The notes: generated by a model from the sequence alone, not told the origin. Shown: positions 10,820 through 21,278, numbered from the stretch's first letter. The stretch is DNA of 24,000 nt from Escherichia coli (GCF_036494765.1 NZ_AP027487.1), one strand, 5' to 3'. Made by a program: numbers and translations.

Positions 10820-12694
10820 TCAGGAAACCAGCAGCTGGTTCATACGACGAATAAACAGGTTCGGATCTTCCAGCGTGCCGCGTTCTGCCAGCAGCGCCTG
10901 ATCCAGCAGCAGTTCTACCCACTCGCTGAACTTCGCTTCATCTTCAGTATCTGCCGCACGTTTCACCAGTACGTGATCCGGGTTCAGTTCGAAGATGTAT
11001 TTCACTTCTGGCACTTTCTGGCCCGCCGCAGCGAACAGTTTCGCCATCTGAGTGCTCATTTCGTCCGCGTCGGTCGAAACGATCGCTGGCGTATCGGTCA
11101 GACGGTGAGTCAGACGGACATCTTTCACGCGCTCGCCGAGCAGGGCTTTCACACGGTCGATGAACGGAGTCAGTGCTTTCTCCGCTTCTTTCGCGCTCTC
11201 ATCAACTTCGTCAGCCAGTTTTTCAAGCGACTCGTCAACTTTAGACACCGACTGGAACGGTTTACCGTCGAACTCAGTCAGATAGTTCATCATCCACTCA
11301 TCGATGCGGTCGGAAAGCAGCAGAACTTCGATGCCTTTCTTACGCAGCAGTTCCAGGTGCGGGCTGCTCTTCGCTGCCGCATAGCTGTCTGCGGTGATGT
11401 AGTAGATTTTCTCCTGCCCTTCTTTCATGCGGGAAACGTAGTCTTCCAGAGATACGGTCTGCGCAGAAGAATCGGTATGGGTAGAAGCAAAACGCAGCAG
11501 TTTGGCGATCGCTTCCTGGTTAGCGAAATCTTCCGCCGGACCTTCTTTCAGTACCAGGCCAAACTGTTGCCAGAAGGTCTGGTATTTTTCCGCGTCGTCT
11601 TTCGCCAGTTTTTCCAGCATTTGCAGCACACGCTTGGTCAGCGCATTGCGCAGGTTACGCGTTACCGTGCTGTCCTGGAGGATTTCACGGGAAACGTTCA
11701 GCGGCAGATCGCTGGAGTCAATCAGACCACGCACGAAGCGCAGATAGTTCGGCATGAACTGTTCTGCGTCGTCCATGATGAACACACGCTGAACATACAG
11801 TTTCAGGCCGTGTTTATGATCGCGGTTCCACATATCCCACGGAGCCTGGGACGGGATGTACAGCAGGCTGGTGTACTCCTGCTTACCTTCAACACGGTTG
11901 TGGCTCCAGGTCAGCGGATCATTAAAGTCGTGGGCGATGTGTTTGTAGAACTCTTTGTACTCTTCATCGGTGATTTCCGACTTGTTACGAGTCCACAGCG
12001 CCTGCGCTTTGTTGATTTTCTCCCAGGAGATAACGGTTTCGCCGTCTTTCTCTTCGCGTTTTTCGATCTCTACCGGCAGCGCGATATGGTCGGAGTATTT
12101 GCTGATGATGGAACGCACGCGCCAGTCATCGAGGAACTCGTCTTCGCCTTCACGCAGATGCAGGGTGATTTCAGTACCACGATCTTCTTTGGTGATGTCG
12201 GCAACGGTGTATTCACCTTCGCCAGCCGATTCCCAGAAGACGCCATTTTCTGGTTTTTCGCCTGCCGCGCGAGTACGCACGGTCACTTTGTCGGCCACGA
12301 TAAACGCAGAGTAGAAACCAACACCAAACTGACCGATCAGCTGGCTGTCTTTCGCCTGGTCAGAACCCAGGGATTCGAGGAATGATTTGGTACCGGATTT
12401 AGCGATAGTCCCCAGATGGTCAATCACTTCGTCGCGGGTCATCCCCACGCCGTTATCGGAGATGGTCAGCGTACGCTTGTCTTTATCGAAAGAGACACGA
12501 ACGCGTAGTTCGCCATCACCTTCGTACAGGTCCGGGTTAGAGAGCGCACGGAAACGCAGCTTGTCCGCCGCATCGGAGGCGTTAGAGATAAGCTCACGCA
12601 GGAAGATTTCTTTATTGGAATAGAGAGAATGGATCATCAGGTGCAGAAGCTGTTTCACTTCTGACTGAAAACCACGAGTTTCTTGTCCTTTCAT
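10820..12694 (-). CDS. htpG: HtpG, Hsp90 chaperone
   Basis: 624-aa [45 protein letters not shown]..., Hsp90 GHKL ATPase motifs. Confidence 0.98.
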   Translation of the reverse strand: MKGQETRGFQSEVKQLLHLMIHSLYSNKEIFLRELISNASDAADKLRFRALSNPDLYEGDGELRVRVSFDKDKRTLTISDNGVGMTRDEVIDHLGTIAKSGTKSFLESLGSDQAKDSQLIGQFGVGFYSAFIVADKVTVRTRAAGEKPENGVFWESAGEGEYTVADITKEDRGTEITLHLREGEDEFLDDWRVRSIISKYSDHIALPVEIEKREEKDGETVISWEKINKAQALWTRNKSEITDEEYKEFYKHIAHDFNDPLTWSHNRVEGKQEYTSLLYIPSQAPWDMWNRDHKHGLKLYVQRVFIMDDAEQFMPNYLRFVRGLIDSSDLPLNVSREILQDSTVTRNLRNALTKRVLQMLEKLAKDDAEKYQTFWQQFGLVLKEGPAEDFANQEAIAKLLRFASTHTDSSAQTVSLEDYVSRMKEGQEKIYYITADSYAAAKSSPHLELLRKKGIEVLLLSDRIDEWMMNYLTEFDGKPFQSVSKVDESLEKLADEVDESAKEAEKALTPFIDRVKALLGERVKDVRLTHRLTDTPAIVSTDADEMSTQMAKLFAAAGQKVPEVKYIFELNPDHVLVKRAADTEDEAKFSEWVELLLDQALLAERGTLEDPNLFIRRMNQLLVS

Positions 12695-12745
12695 GTAGGT
12701 CTACCTCAATAATGCCATTTTAAGGTTAAAAACAGGATGTGGGAG

Positions 12746-12774
12746 AGATGGGGACAAGGGAGAATAATTTCAAG
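12746..12774 (-). promoter_or_regulatory. Sigma-32 (heat-shock) promoter of htpG
   Basis: Minus strand CTTGAAA (12768-12774), 14-nt spacer, CCCCATCT (12746-12753); matches the sigma-32 consensus CTTGAAA-N13-15-CCCCATNT. Confidence 0.88.
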
Positions 12775-12798
12775 CGAGAGCAGGTGATCCTGCTCTCG
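12775..12798 (-). terminator. Terminator-like hairpin downstream of recR
   Basis: CGAGAGCAGG-loop-CCTGCTCTCG, 10-bp perfect stem 6 nt after the recR stop; following sequence CTTGAAATTATT is only weakly T-rich. Confidence 0.5.
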
Positions 12799-12803
12799 TT
12801 TGC

Positions 12804-13408
12804 TTAAAAACGAATCTTATGACGCCCGGCAAGGGAGTGTGACAACGTGGTGCCGTCGACCATTTCCAGCTCGCCGCCAACCGGAACGCCATGAGCGATT
12901 CGGCTGGCTTCCACGTCATATTGCGCGCAAAGCTCGGCAATGTAGTTAGCGGTAGCTTCACCTTCAACCGTGGGGTTGGTGGCGAGGATCACTTCAGTGA
13001 TTTTTTCCTCTGCCAGACGCTGTTCCAGACGATCAAGCCCGATATCATCCGGACCGATGCCGTCCAGCGGTGACAGATGCCCCATCAACACAAAATAACG
13101 ACCTGAAAACTGCCCCGTCTGCTCAATGGCGTAGATGTCCGCCGGACTCTCCACCACGCAGATTTGACCGTTTTCCTGACGACGCGGATTCGAACAGATG
13201 TTACAGACTTCCTGTTCGGTGAAAGTGCGGCAATCGGCGCAGTGGCCGATTTCCGACATCGCCCGGGTGAGCGCCTGCGCCAGACGCATCCCGCCGCTAC
13301 GATCGCGCTGAAGCAGCGTGAACGCCATACGCTGCGCCGACTTCGGGCCAACGCCCGGCAGACAGCGCAGTGCTTCCATAAGCTGTGTTAACAGCGGGCT
13401 GGTTTGCA

Positions 13409-13409
<1 letters not shown>
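12804..13409 (-). CDS. recR: RecR, recombination mediator protein
   Basis: 201-aa ORF; helix-hairpin-helix [14 protein letters not shown], CxxC zinc motif [16 protein letters not shown], and Toprim domain. Confidence 0.97.
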
Positions 13410-13753
<344 letters not shown>

Positions 13754-13790
13754 TCACGTTAAGGATGACGAACGTAAGCTGTGCTTACGA

Positions 13791-15722
13791 TCAAATGGGG
13801 CGGATACTTTCTTCATCCAGCTCCGCATCGAAGAACCGACGCAGGGTCTGAATATTATTATCCGCAATAATGGACTCGCGCGCCTGCGCAAGTTTTTCTT
13901 CGTATATCGCCTGACGCCACTCCAGCGGCGTACGCACCGCGGGATTATCATCTTCAACGATAGTCAGTTCAACCGTTGAACCTTTTAACATGCTCAACGC
14001 TTCAGCCAGTTTTTGCTGTGCACCGCGGTTGTTCAAATGCCGCTGAGAGGAGCGCAAATGCAGACATACTGCGTTGTCGCTCTCCTCTTTCCAGGCATTT
14101 AACGCCACCTGTTCGACCAGTTTTGGTAGCGAAAGTTGGCTCACCTGTGCCGCCCACGGGTCGCGCTCAATGGCTTCTGCCGCTAGCTTCGCCGCCAGTT
14201 CCGGCGTTTTTTCATGTTCCAGCGCTTTTTTCAGCGCCTTCGGCGTGGCGACCACTTCTTTTTGCTGCATCACCGGAGTGGTCGCCTTCCAGCGATACGC
14301 TTCTTTTTTGGCTGGCGCTTTTTCCAGCGCCGATGGCACCGGACGCGCCTGAACGCGATCGGTGACCGAAGCCAGTCTTTCCAGCGCAGCGTTATTCACC
14401 GGCCGCGCGCGGGTAGCGGCTGCCGGTTCACTCTTTTTTGCTTTGGTTGCTCCCTGCACGCGCTGCAACTGCTGGCGCGCCGCCAGCACCTGGCTGGTGG
14501 TTTCCGGGAGCGGTACAGTCGGTGCCTGCTGCGGCGCTGATTGCGGTTGCGGCGGCACCTGGGTTGGCGTCATTACTGCCGTTGGCGCGACGGGTGCAAA
14601 GGACTGTCGTGGCACTTCTGGCTCAGGCAGCGGCATACGCGGATGGAATGCCAGCGCGCGCAGCAGCGTCATCTCAACGCCCATGCGACGGTCCGGCGCA
14701 TACGGTAATTCTTTGCGACCAATCAACAGCGTCTGATAGTAAAGCTGAATATCCGTCGGCGGTATGGTGCGCGCCAGTTCACGCATCCGCAGCTCGATGG
14801 CGGCCATGTCGTTGCCAAGTGCAGCAGGCGAAAGTTGTACCATCGCAATACGATGCAACAGGCCGAGCATTTCCACCAGCAACGCTTCCCACTCGATACC
14901 ACGGGCAGCGGCTTCATTAATCAGCGCCATTACGCGCTCGCCGTTGGCCTCGACCATCGCTTCAACCAGCGACAGCGCCTGATCGTCGTCAAGCGTACCC
15001 AGCATCGCACTGACCGCCTGGGTTGAAACCTGGCCGTCACCGCTGGCAATCGCCTGGTCGGTCAGACTTAAGGCATCTCGCAGGCTGCCTTCAGCGGCGC
15101 GTGCCAGCAATTGCAGCGCCCGCGGCTCGTGAGCGATATGTTCTTCGTTGAGGATGTGCTCAAGCTGATGGCGAATTTGCTCGACATCCAGCGCCTTGAG
15201 ATGAAATTGCAGACAGCGTGACAAAATCGTCACCGGCAATTTCTGTGGATCGGTCGTCGCCAGCAGAAACTTAACGTGCTCCGGCGGCTCTTCAAGGGTT
15301 TTTAACAGTGCGTTAAAGCTGTGGCGCGACAGCATATGCACTTCGTCGATCAGATAAACTTTGAAACGACCACGCGCCGGAGCGTACTGGACGTTATCCA
15401 GCAGGTCGCGGGTATCTTCAACTTTGGTGCGCGAGGCGGCGTCGATTTCAATCAGATCGACAAAGCGCCCCTGCTCGATTTCACGACAGTTATCGCACAC
15501 GCCGCACGGCGTCGCGGTAATGCCGGTTTCGCAGTTTAGCCCCTTCGCCAGCAGTCGGGCGATAGAGGTTTTTCCGACGCCACGGGTGCCGGAAAAAAGA
15601 TAAGCATGATGAATACGCCCTAACGACAAGCCGTTCGCCAGTGCGGTCAGCACATGTTCCTGGCCGACGACGTCAGCAAAGGTTTGTGGGCGCCATTTTC
15701 GGGCTAAGACCTGATAACTCAT
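13791..15722 (-). CDS. dnaX: DNA polymerase III tau subunit (full-length dnaX product, 643 aa)
   Basis: MSYQVLARKWRPQTFADVVGQEHVLTALANGL..., Walker A GTRGVGKT, zinc-binding cysteines, clamp-loader AAA+ domain. Confidence 0.98.
   Translation of the reverse strand: MSYQVLARKWRPQTFADVVGQEHVLTALANGLSLGRIHHAYLFSGTRGVGKTSIARLLAKGLNCETGITATPCGVCDNCREIEQGRFVDLIEIDAASRTKVEDTRDLLDNVQYAPARGRFKVYLIDEVHMLSRHSFNALLKTLEEPPEHVKFLLATTDPQKLPVTILSRCLQFHLKALDVEQIRHQLEHILNEEHIAHEPRALQLLARAAEGSLRDALSLTDQAIASGDGQVSTQAVSAMLGTLDDDQALSLVEAMVEANGERVMALINEAAARGIEWEALLVEMLGLLHRIAMVQLSPAALGNDMAAIELRMRELARTIPPTDIQLYYQTLLIGRKELPYAPDRRMGVEMTLLRALAFHPRMPLPEPEVPRQSFAPVAPTAVMTPTQVPPQPQSAPQQAPTVPLPETTSQVLAARQQLQRVQGATKAKKSEPAAATRARPVNNAALERLASVTDRVQARPVPSALEKAPAKKEAYRWKATTPVMQQKEVVATPKALKKALEHEKTPELAAKLAAEAIERDPWAAQVSQLSLPKLVEQVALNAWKEESDNAVCLHLRSSQRHLNNRGAQQKLAEALSMLKGSTVELTIVEDDNPAVRTPLEWRQAIYEEKLAQARESIIADNNIQTLRRFFDAELDEESIRPI
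14399..14455 (-). promoter_or_regulatory. dnaX programmed -1 frameshift signal
   Basis: Minus strand: AGGGAGC upstream Shine-Dalgarno-like stimulator (14449-14455), A AAA AAG heptamer (14433-14439), GC-rich downstream hairpin (14399-14426). Confidence 0.93.
14428..15722 (-). CDS. dnaX: DNA polymerase III gamma subunit (431 aa, made by programmed -1 frameshift in dnaX)
   Basis: Slippery AAAAAAG at 14433-14439; codon 430 is AAG; -1 slip gives GAG TGA (stop at 14428-14430), yielding 430+1=431 aa. Confidence 0.93.
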
Positions 15723-15808
15723 TGGCAGGCTCTGAAACGCTGGAAGGTGGATTCACGAAGGGGTAATGCTAACACAGCCCCGTCAGAACGGCGAGGCTGA
15801 ATGCACAT

Positions 15809-15839
15809 CTTGTGCTGTCCGTAGCGTGGGCAGCACAAG
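15809..15839. other. Hairpin in the apt-dnaX intergenic gap
   Basis: CTTGTGCTGTCC-GTAGCGT-GGGCAGCACAAG, about 12-bp stem; no T-run on the minus (apt) strand. Confidence 0.5.
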
Positions 15840-15850
15840 ACTGGCGATAA

Positions 15851-16402
15851 TTAATGGCCCGGGAACGGGACAAGGCTGTAGCTGGTAATGCCCTGTTTTT
15901 CGAGACGCTGTTCGCCGCCGAGATCGAACAGGTTGATAATGAACGCAGCGTCAGCCACTTCACCACCCAGACGACGGATCAGTTTAACGGTCGCTTCGAT
16001 AGTGCCGCCGGTTGCCAGCAGGTCGTCCACCACCAGAACTTTGTCGCCCGGTTTGATGGCATCAACGTGGATCTCCAGCTGATCGGTGCCGTATTCCAGG
16101 TCGTAAGTTTCACTGATGGTTTCACGCGGCAGTTTGCCCGGTTTACGGACCGGTACAAAGCCAACGCCCAGACCCAGAGCTACCGGAGCGCCAAACAAGA
16201 AGCCACGCGCTTCGGTGCCGACAACTTTGGTAATGCCCGCATTTTTGTAACGCTCAACCAGCAAGTCGATGCTGAGAGCGTAAGCTTTCGGGTCTTCCAG
16301 TAAGCTGGTGACATCGCGGAAAAGAATGCCGGGTTTTGGGTAGTCCTGAATGCTTTTGATGCTATTTTTGAGATACTCAAGCTGCTGTGCAGTCGCGGTC
16401 AT
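15851..16402 (-). CDS. apt: Adenine phosphoribosyltransferase
   Basis: 183 aa starting [37 protein letters not shown]; PRPP-binding motif [13 protein letters not shown]; the ORF track start at 16456 is 18 codons upstream. Confidence 0.96.
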
Positions 16403-16554
16403 AAGTGTATGCCTGCTTGTTACGGTGGTACTCACGGCGCGTTTTAAACGTATCAAAAGTAACAGTTGTTTAACCTTTGACCGCCTGCGCCTGTGCTCGA
16501 AAACGCCAGAATGTACTGGCTGTACGCAATAATTGCAACTGCGATTGTTGTGCT

Positions 16555-16932
16555 TCAGTGCTTTTCTTGCTTTTCATCAATCACCGGAATTCGCCACATA
16601 TAGAAAAGCAAACAGGCGAGAATTACCAGCAACATGATGCGCACCCATGGCATCTGGACGAACCACAGAGAAATGGCAAACGTGAGCAAAATAAGCAAAA
16701 TCGCCCGCGGTTTGACGCCGCGCGGCATCGCATGATGTTTCTGCCAGAAACGTAGATAGCTGCCAAACCATGAGCGGTACAGCAACCAGGCGTGAAAGCG
16801 CGGGGAAGAACGGGCAAAGCACCAGGCCGCCAGCAGGATAAACGGCGTCGTCGGTAATACCGGTAATACCACGCCCAGCGTACCCAGCACTACCGCCAGC
16901 CAGCCAATGATGATTAAAATGATTCGTTGCAT
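16555..16932 (-). CDS. ybaN: YbaN, DUF454-family inner membrane protein
   Basis: 125-aa hydrophobic [50 protein letters not shown], a DUF454 hallmark. Confidence 0.93.
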
Positions 16933-16968
16933 ATTGAGTGTTGTCAGCTTACAGAGTGGCTACTTTAG

Positions 16969-16987
16969 CATAACAATTATCATTTTC
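16969..16987. promoter_or_regulatory. Candidate Fur box in the ybaN/priC divergent promoter region
   Basis: Minus strand GAAAATGATAATTGTTATG matches GATAATGATAATCATTATC at 15 of 19 positions (counted by eye). Confidence 0.5.
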
Positions 16988-17001
16988 ATTGAGGTCTTAT
17001 C

Positions 17002-17529
17002 GTGAAAACCGCCCTGCTGCTGGAAAAACTGGAAGGACAGCTCGCTACGCTGCGTCAGCGTTGTGCCCCGGTGTCACAGTTCGCCACGCTAAGTGCTCGT
17101 TTCGACAGGCATCTTTTTCAGACTCGTGCGACAACACTACAGGCTTGTCTCGACGAGGCGGGCGATAATCTGGCTGCGCTTCGTCATGCAGTTGAGCAGC
17201 AACAGCTGCCGCAAGTGGCCTGGCTGGCGGAACATCTGGCGGCACAACTGGAAGCCATCGCGCGTGAAGCCTCCGCCTGGTCATTGCGCGAGTGGGACAG
17301 TGCACCACCGAAAATTGCCCGCTGGCAGCGTAAACGTATTCAGCATCAGGATTTTGAGCGGCGGCTACGTGAGATGGTTGCCGAACGCAGAGCCCGTCTG
17401 GCGCGGGTGACCGATCTCGTGGAACAGCAAACGCTGCATCGTGAAGTGGAAGCCTATGAAGCGCGCCTGGCACGCTGCCGCCATGCGCTGGAAAAAATCG
17501 AAAACAGGTTAGCGCGTTTAACCCGCTAG
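17002..17529 (+). CDS. priC: PriC, primosomal replication protein N''
   Basis: 175-aa ORF (GTG start) [38 protein letters not shown]..., Arg-rich helical protein; GAGG upstream. Confidence 0.93.
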
Positions 17530-17542
17530 CAATGGAGAGAAT

Positions 17543-17704
17543 ATGTCACTGGAAAATGCCCCTGACGATGTCAAACTGGCTGTCGATTTGATTGTGCTGC
17601 TGGAGGAAAATCAGATCCCTGCCAGTACCGTGCTGCGCGCGCTGGATATTGTAAAGCGTGATTATGAAAAGAAATTAACGCGCGATGATGAGGCGGAAAA
17701 GTGA
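17543..17704 (+). CDS. ybaM: YbaM, 53-aa conserved small protein (DUF2496)
   Basis: ATG at 17543, [53 protein letters not shown] then TGA at 17702-17704; GGAGAG RBS; below the track's length cutoff. Confidence 0.92.
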
Positions 17705-17757
17705 GAAATAAATGGGGTCGCTAAATGTCCCCTAAGGTTGCGGGCAAACGCAAAACT

Positions 17758-17856
17758 GCCTGATGCGCTACGCTTATCAGGCCTACACCGCTCCTGCAAT
17801 ATATTGAATTCTTGCGGTTTCGTAGGCCGGATAAGGCGGTCACGCCGCATCCGGCA
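17758..17856. repeat. BIME: two REP elements between ybaM and mscK
   Basis: GCCTGATGCGCTACGCTTATCAGGCCTAC (17758-17786) and GTAGGCCGGATAAGGCGGTCACGCCGCATCCGGCA (17822-17856), in opposite orientations. Confidence 0.9.
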
Positions 17857-17885
17857 TGAACAACGCGCACTTTGTTAGCAATCTC

Positions 17886-17919
17886 GGGGCAACTAAATGT
17901 TGCCCCCTTTCGTTTTTAC
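17886..17919 (+). terminator. Terminator-like hairpin between convergent ybaM and mscK
   Basis: GGGGCAAC-TAAAT-GTTGCCCC (8-bp perfect stem) followed on the + strand by CCTTTCGTTTTT. Confidence 0.5.
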
Positions 17920-20900
17920 CCTACCGCTGGCGTCGGGTCATCGCCTTTGTAGTCGCGTTTTACTTCCGTCACCTCATCGCCCTTCTCGTTGTGCAGATGC
18001 ACTTCAAGCTGGTTAAAGGCAATGTTGATGTCGTTTTCACGGCACAGCTGATCGATAGTACGGTTCAGCTCATCGACAGTACGACTACGGTCACGCAGTT
18101 CACGCACATACAGACGCAGCTCATGATCCAACGTGCTGGCACCAAATGCCGTAAAGAAGACTTCCGGCATTGGTTCGTGCATCACCCTTGGGTGCTCAGT
18201 CGCCGCCTTCAGTAACACTTTACGCACTTTTTCCAGATCGGAGCCATAGGCCACGCCGAGACGGATCACCAGACGCGTAGTAGTGTCAGTCAACGACCAG
18301 TTGATCAGACGCTCGGTAACAAACGCTTTGTTCGGGATGATCACTTCTTTGCGATCGAAATCGGTAATCGTTGTCGCACGAATACGGATCTTACTTACCG
18401 TCCCCGAGAAGCTACCAATGGTTACCGTATCGCCAATACGCACCGGACGTTCGAATAGAATGATCAAACCGGAGACGAAGTTACCGAAAATTTCTTGTAA
18501 ACCAAAACCAAGACCTACGGATAATGCTGCGGCCAGCCACTGGAGTTTATCCCAAGAGACGCCCAGCGATCCGAACACCGTCATCGCACCAACAGCAATA
18601 ATGATGTAGTTAAGGATGGTAGTAATGGCATACGACGCGCCCTGGCGCATATTCAGTCGCGAGAGCACCAGCACTTCCAGTAAACCAGGCAGGTTGCGAA
18701 TCAACGCCCAGGCCACCATTGAGGCGATAATCGCAAACAACAGACTGCCCATGGTGACGTTTTTCACCACCGCAGCGCCAGCTTCAGTGCCGTTGTAATG
18801 CCAGAGCGTGATGCTGTCGAGATAGCTGAACACGGTGATCAAATCGGACCAAATTGCCCAGAACATGACACCGAACAGCGCAAACATCAGCAACATGGTA
18901 ATACGCAGCGTCTGCTGGTTAACTTGCTCCAGTGCAATGGTGGGTTCTTCCGGCGGTTCAGCACCTTCTGCGCCCTCTTTCACCAGATTCTGCCGACGCG
19001 CCAGCGCACGACGCCAGGCGATACGCCGCGCCGCTACGCTTAAGCCACGCAGTACCGTCTGGTACAGCAGGTTCCAGATGATCACCAGATAAACGGTTTC
19101 AATCCAGCGTCCTGCCAGACGCAGCGTAGTGTAGAAGTAGCCTGTAGCAGTCAGCACCATCAGCGCAATCGGGATTATCGACAGCACGGTAATGGTGACC
19201 AGTCGCATGGTGTGCGACTCTTTATCACGCCAGCTTTCGCGGCACATCGGCCATACCAGGAAGGCAATCAGCAGCAGGTTGAAGAAAATCATCGCTTGCC
19301 CCAGCACATCATCCATCAGATGCAGCGGGGAAAGTTCTGCCACCACAGACCAGAAATGGATAGGCAGCAATGCGAGACTGATGCGGACAATTTGCCGACG
19401 CCAGTGGCTGGTCTGCTGTTCCGGCATGCCGAAGTGACGTACGGCAACGCCGTTTTTCTCCAGTACCTTCCAGCACAGGCCAAACACCAGCCAGAATATC
19501 GCCAGTTTTTTGCTGAACGACCATAGCAGTTCGCTGATGTTGAGCTGCATGGTCAACAGAATCAGGCCAACCGCGAGAATAATCAGGCACACCGGCAGCG
19601 CACGGATCAGGTCGATAAGGATCGCTTTTGGTGTGTTGAGCTGGCTGTCGTTACGCAGGGAACCCACAGCGGAAGCCAGTTTTTGTTGATACGCTTTCAG
19701 CCAGCCCAGACGCCAGTGGATCAGCCCGGCAATCAACAGCAGCGGCAAACCAGCGAGGAAAGCGATAAAAACGGCGGGCCAGGCTTTTTGCCAGTTCACC
19801 GTGATTTTCATCGACTTAAATTCATCTTTCAGGCTTTGCGGGAACGCTTTGATCCAGTCCCAGTCCATTGGACGGTTACTGTTCACCCAAAAGATTTGCT
19901 GAGTCAGGATGGATTTCAGGTTTTTCGACACACTCATTAACTGCTGCTGGTTGATTTGCAGGTTAATGGCCATCATCAGCTGGTTACCCAACTGTTTGTT
20001 GAGTTGATCCAGCAATTCGCGACGCATATCAACCACTTGCAATAACGCATCGTGAACTTCGCTGTTGACTTCGTTGGTGTGACCTTCTTCCAGTTTGTTG
20101 ACGAACGCATCGCTCTGGAAGAGTGCATCACGCTGCTGGTTAACTTCAAACTGTTCGAGACGCAAATCCGCGATGCGGTTGGTCATGTTTTCCAGTTCAT
20201 CCGCCGAGGGCAGCGTTTGTTGTTGCTGGTAAAGGATACGAGACAACAGCAGGCTGCCCTTCAGGACGGCAATCTGCTCTTTAATATTGCGTTCCGATTG
20301 CAGCGCCCGCTCCAGCCAGTTTTTGACTTTAATGTTTTGCTGCATCAACTGATTACCGTTTTCAGTCGCGGTAATCAGACGCTGACTTAACTGCTGGTTA
20401 ATTTCCAGTTCCTGCTTCACCAGCGGATTAGCCTGAATACGCGCGGCTTCATCCGGGGAGACGGCTTCCTGCGCCGTTTTTTCGGTTAAAGTCAGGCGCT
20501 TGCTGTTTACCGCTTCTTGCAACAGTTGTAACTGGTGCTCCAGACGAGCGCTGTTCGCCGTCACGTAATCACGTTGCTTTTGCAAGGTATCCTGCAAGAC
20601 GGTGTTCCCTTCCAGGCTTTTACGCTGCTGGTCAATCTCCGCATTCAGCAACGCCTGCTGGGCCTGCATTAACACTTTCTGGCTGGGACGTAAGGCTGTC
20701 TCGCCGACATCAGTCCCATCCAGACGACTGCGAATTTGTTGCAGCTGCTGCGAAGCGTTATACATCGCATTTTGCACGCGTTCGGGCTGCGTCTGTAACG
20801 AAACCAGCTGGCTGTTATAAGACGCCAGATCGTTTTGTGCGTTTTGCAAATCGTCCAGCGCCTGGGCAACGCGAGTTTCCAGCTGGCGCAACGACAGCGT

Positions 20901-21278
20901 GCTCAGAATTTTGCGCGTTTCTTCGTCGTTATCGACATCGCTAAGTGCTGTTAACGCCGCGGTCGCCTGGCGCATTTTTTCCGGCGCTTCAGCGACTTTT
21001 TGCCGTAGCTGAACTGTCTCTTCTTTTATGCGATCGATTTTATCGAGGGTGGCTAATGTATCTGTCAGATCCTGCTGCACCAGTTTGTCCTGAGCAGAAA
21101 GATCTTTTTGTTTATTTAGTGAGTCAAGTTGCGCCTGCAGGTCCGCTTTTGTCGGCAGATCACCATTCGATGACGCCCGCGCAAACGCCGTGTTCTGGCA
21201 TAACAAGACAAAAACAAAAGCAATAAATGCTGAAAAAACAAAATGCCGTGATCGTTTGTAATACTGGAACATAGTCAT
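17916..21278 (-). CDS. mscK: MscK (KefA), potassium-dependent mechanosensitive channel
   Basis: 1120-aa ORF with signal peptide, long coiled-coil periplasmic domain, and C-terminal MscS core (SVGLGFGLQEIFGNFVSGLIILFERPVRIGDTVTIG). Confidence 0.97.
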   Translation of the reverse strand: MTMFQYYKRSRHFVFSAFIAFVFVLLCQNTAFARASSNGDLPTKADLQAQLDSLNKQKDLSAQDKLVQQDLTDTLATLDKIDRIKEETVQLRQKVAEAPEKMRQATAALTALSDVDNDEETRKILSTLSLRQLETRVAQALDDLQNAQNDLASYNSQLVSLQTQPERVQNAMYNASQQLQQIRSRLDGTDVGETALRPSQKVLMQAQQALLNAEIDQQRKSLEGNTVLQDTLQKQRDYVTANSARLEHQLQLLQEAVNSKRLTLTEKTAQEAVSPDEAARIQANPLVKQELEINQQLSQRLITATENGNQLMQQNIKVKNWLERALQSERNIKEQIAVLKGSLLLSRILYQQQQTLPSADELENMTNRIADLRLEQFEVNQQRDALFQSDAFVNKLEEGHTNEVNSEVHDALLQVVDMRRELLDQLNKQLGNQLMMAINLQINQQQLMSVSKNLKSILTQQIFWVNSNRPMDWDWIKAFPQSLKDEFKSMKITVNWQKAWPAVFIAFLAGLPLLLIAGLIHWRLGWLKAYQQKLASAVGSLRNDSQLNTPKAILIDLIRALPVCLIILAVGLILLTMQLNISELLWSFSKKLAIFWLVFGLCWKVLEKNGVAVRHFGMPEQQTSHWRRQIVRISLALLPIHFWSVVAELSPLHLMDDVLGQAMIFFNLLLIAFLVWPMCRESWRDKESHTMRLVTITVLSIIPIALMVLTATGYFYTTLRLAGRWIETVYLVIIWNLLYQTVLRGLSVAARRIAWRRALARRQNLVKEGAEGAEPPEEPTIALEQVNQQTLRITMLLMFALFGVMFWAIWSDLITVFSYLDSITLWHYNGTEAGAAVVKNVTMGSLLFAIIASMVAWALIRNLPGLLEVLVLSRLNMRQGASYAITTILNYIIIAVGAMTVFGSLGVSWDKLQWLAAALSVGLGFGLQEIFGNFVSGLIILFERPVRIGDTVTIGSFSGTVSKIRIRATTITDFDRKEVIIPNKAFVTERLINWSLTDTTTRLVIRLGVAYGSDLEKVRKVLLKAATEHPRVMHEPMPEVFFTAFGASTLDHELRLYVRELRDRSRTVDELNRTIDQLCRENDINIAFNQLEVHLHNEKGDEVTEVKRDYKGDDPTPAVG

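Noticed and set aside
10793-12385. 530-aa open frame on the + strand antisense to htpG
   Set aside because: It is a mirror ORF created by codon composition of the highly biased htpG coding strand. There is no supporting RBS, it starts inside the htpG terminator hairpin, and the protein looks low-complexity (Phe/Gln/His/Arg rich) rather than like a known family.
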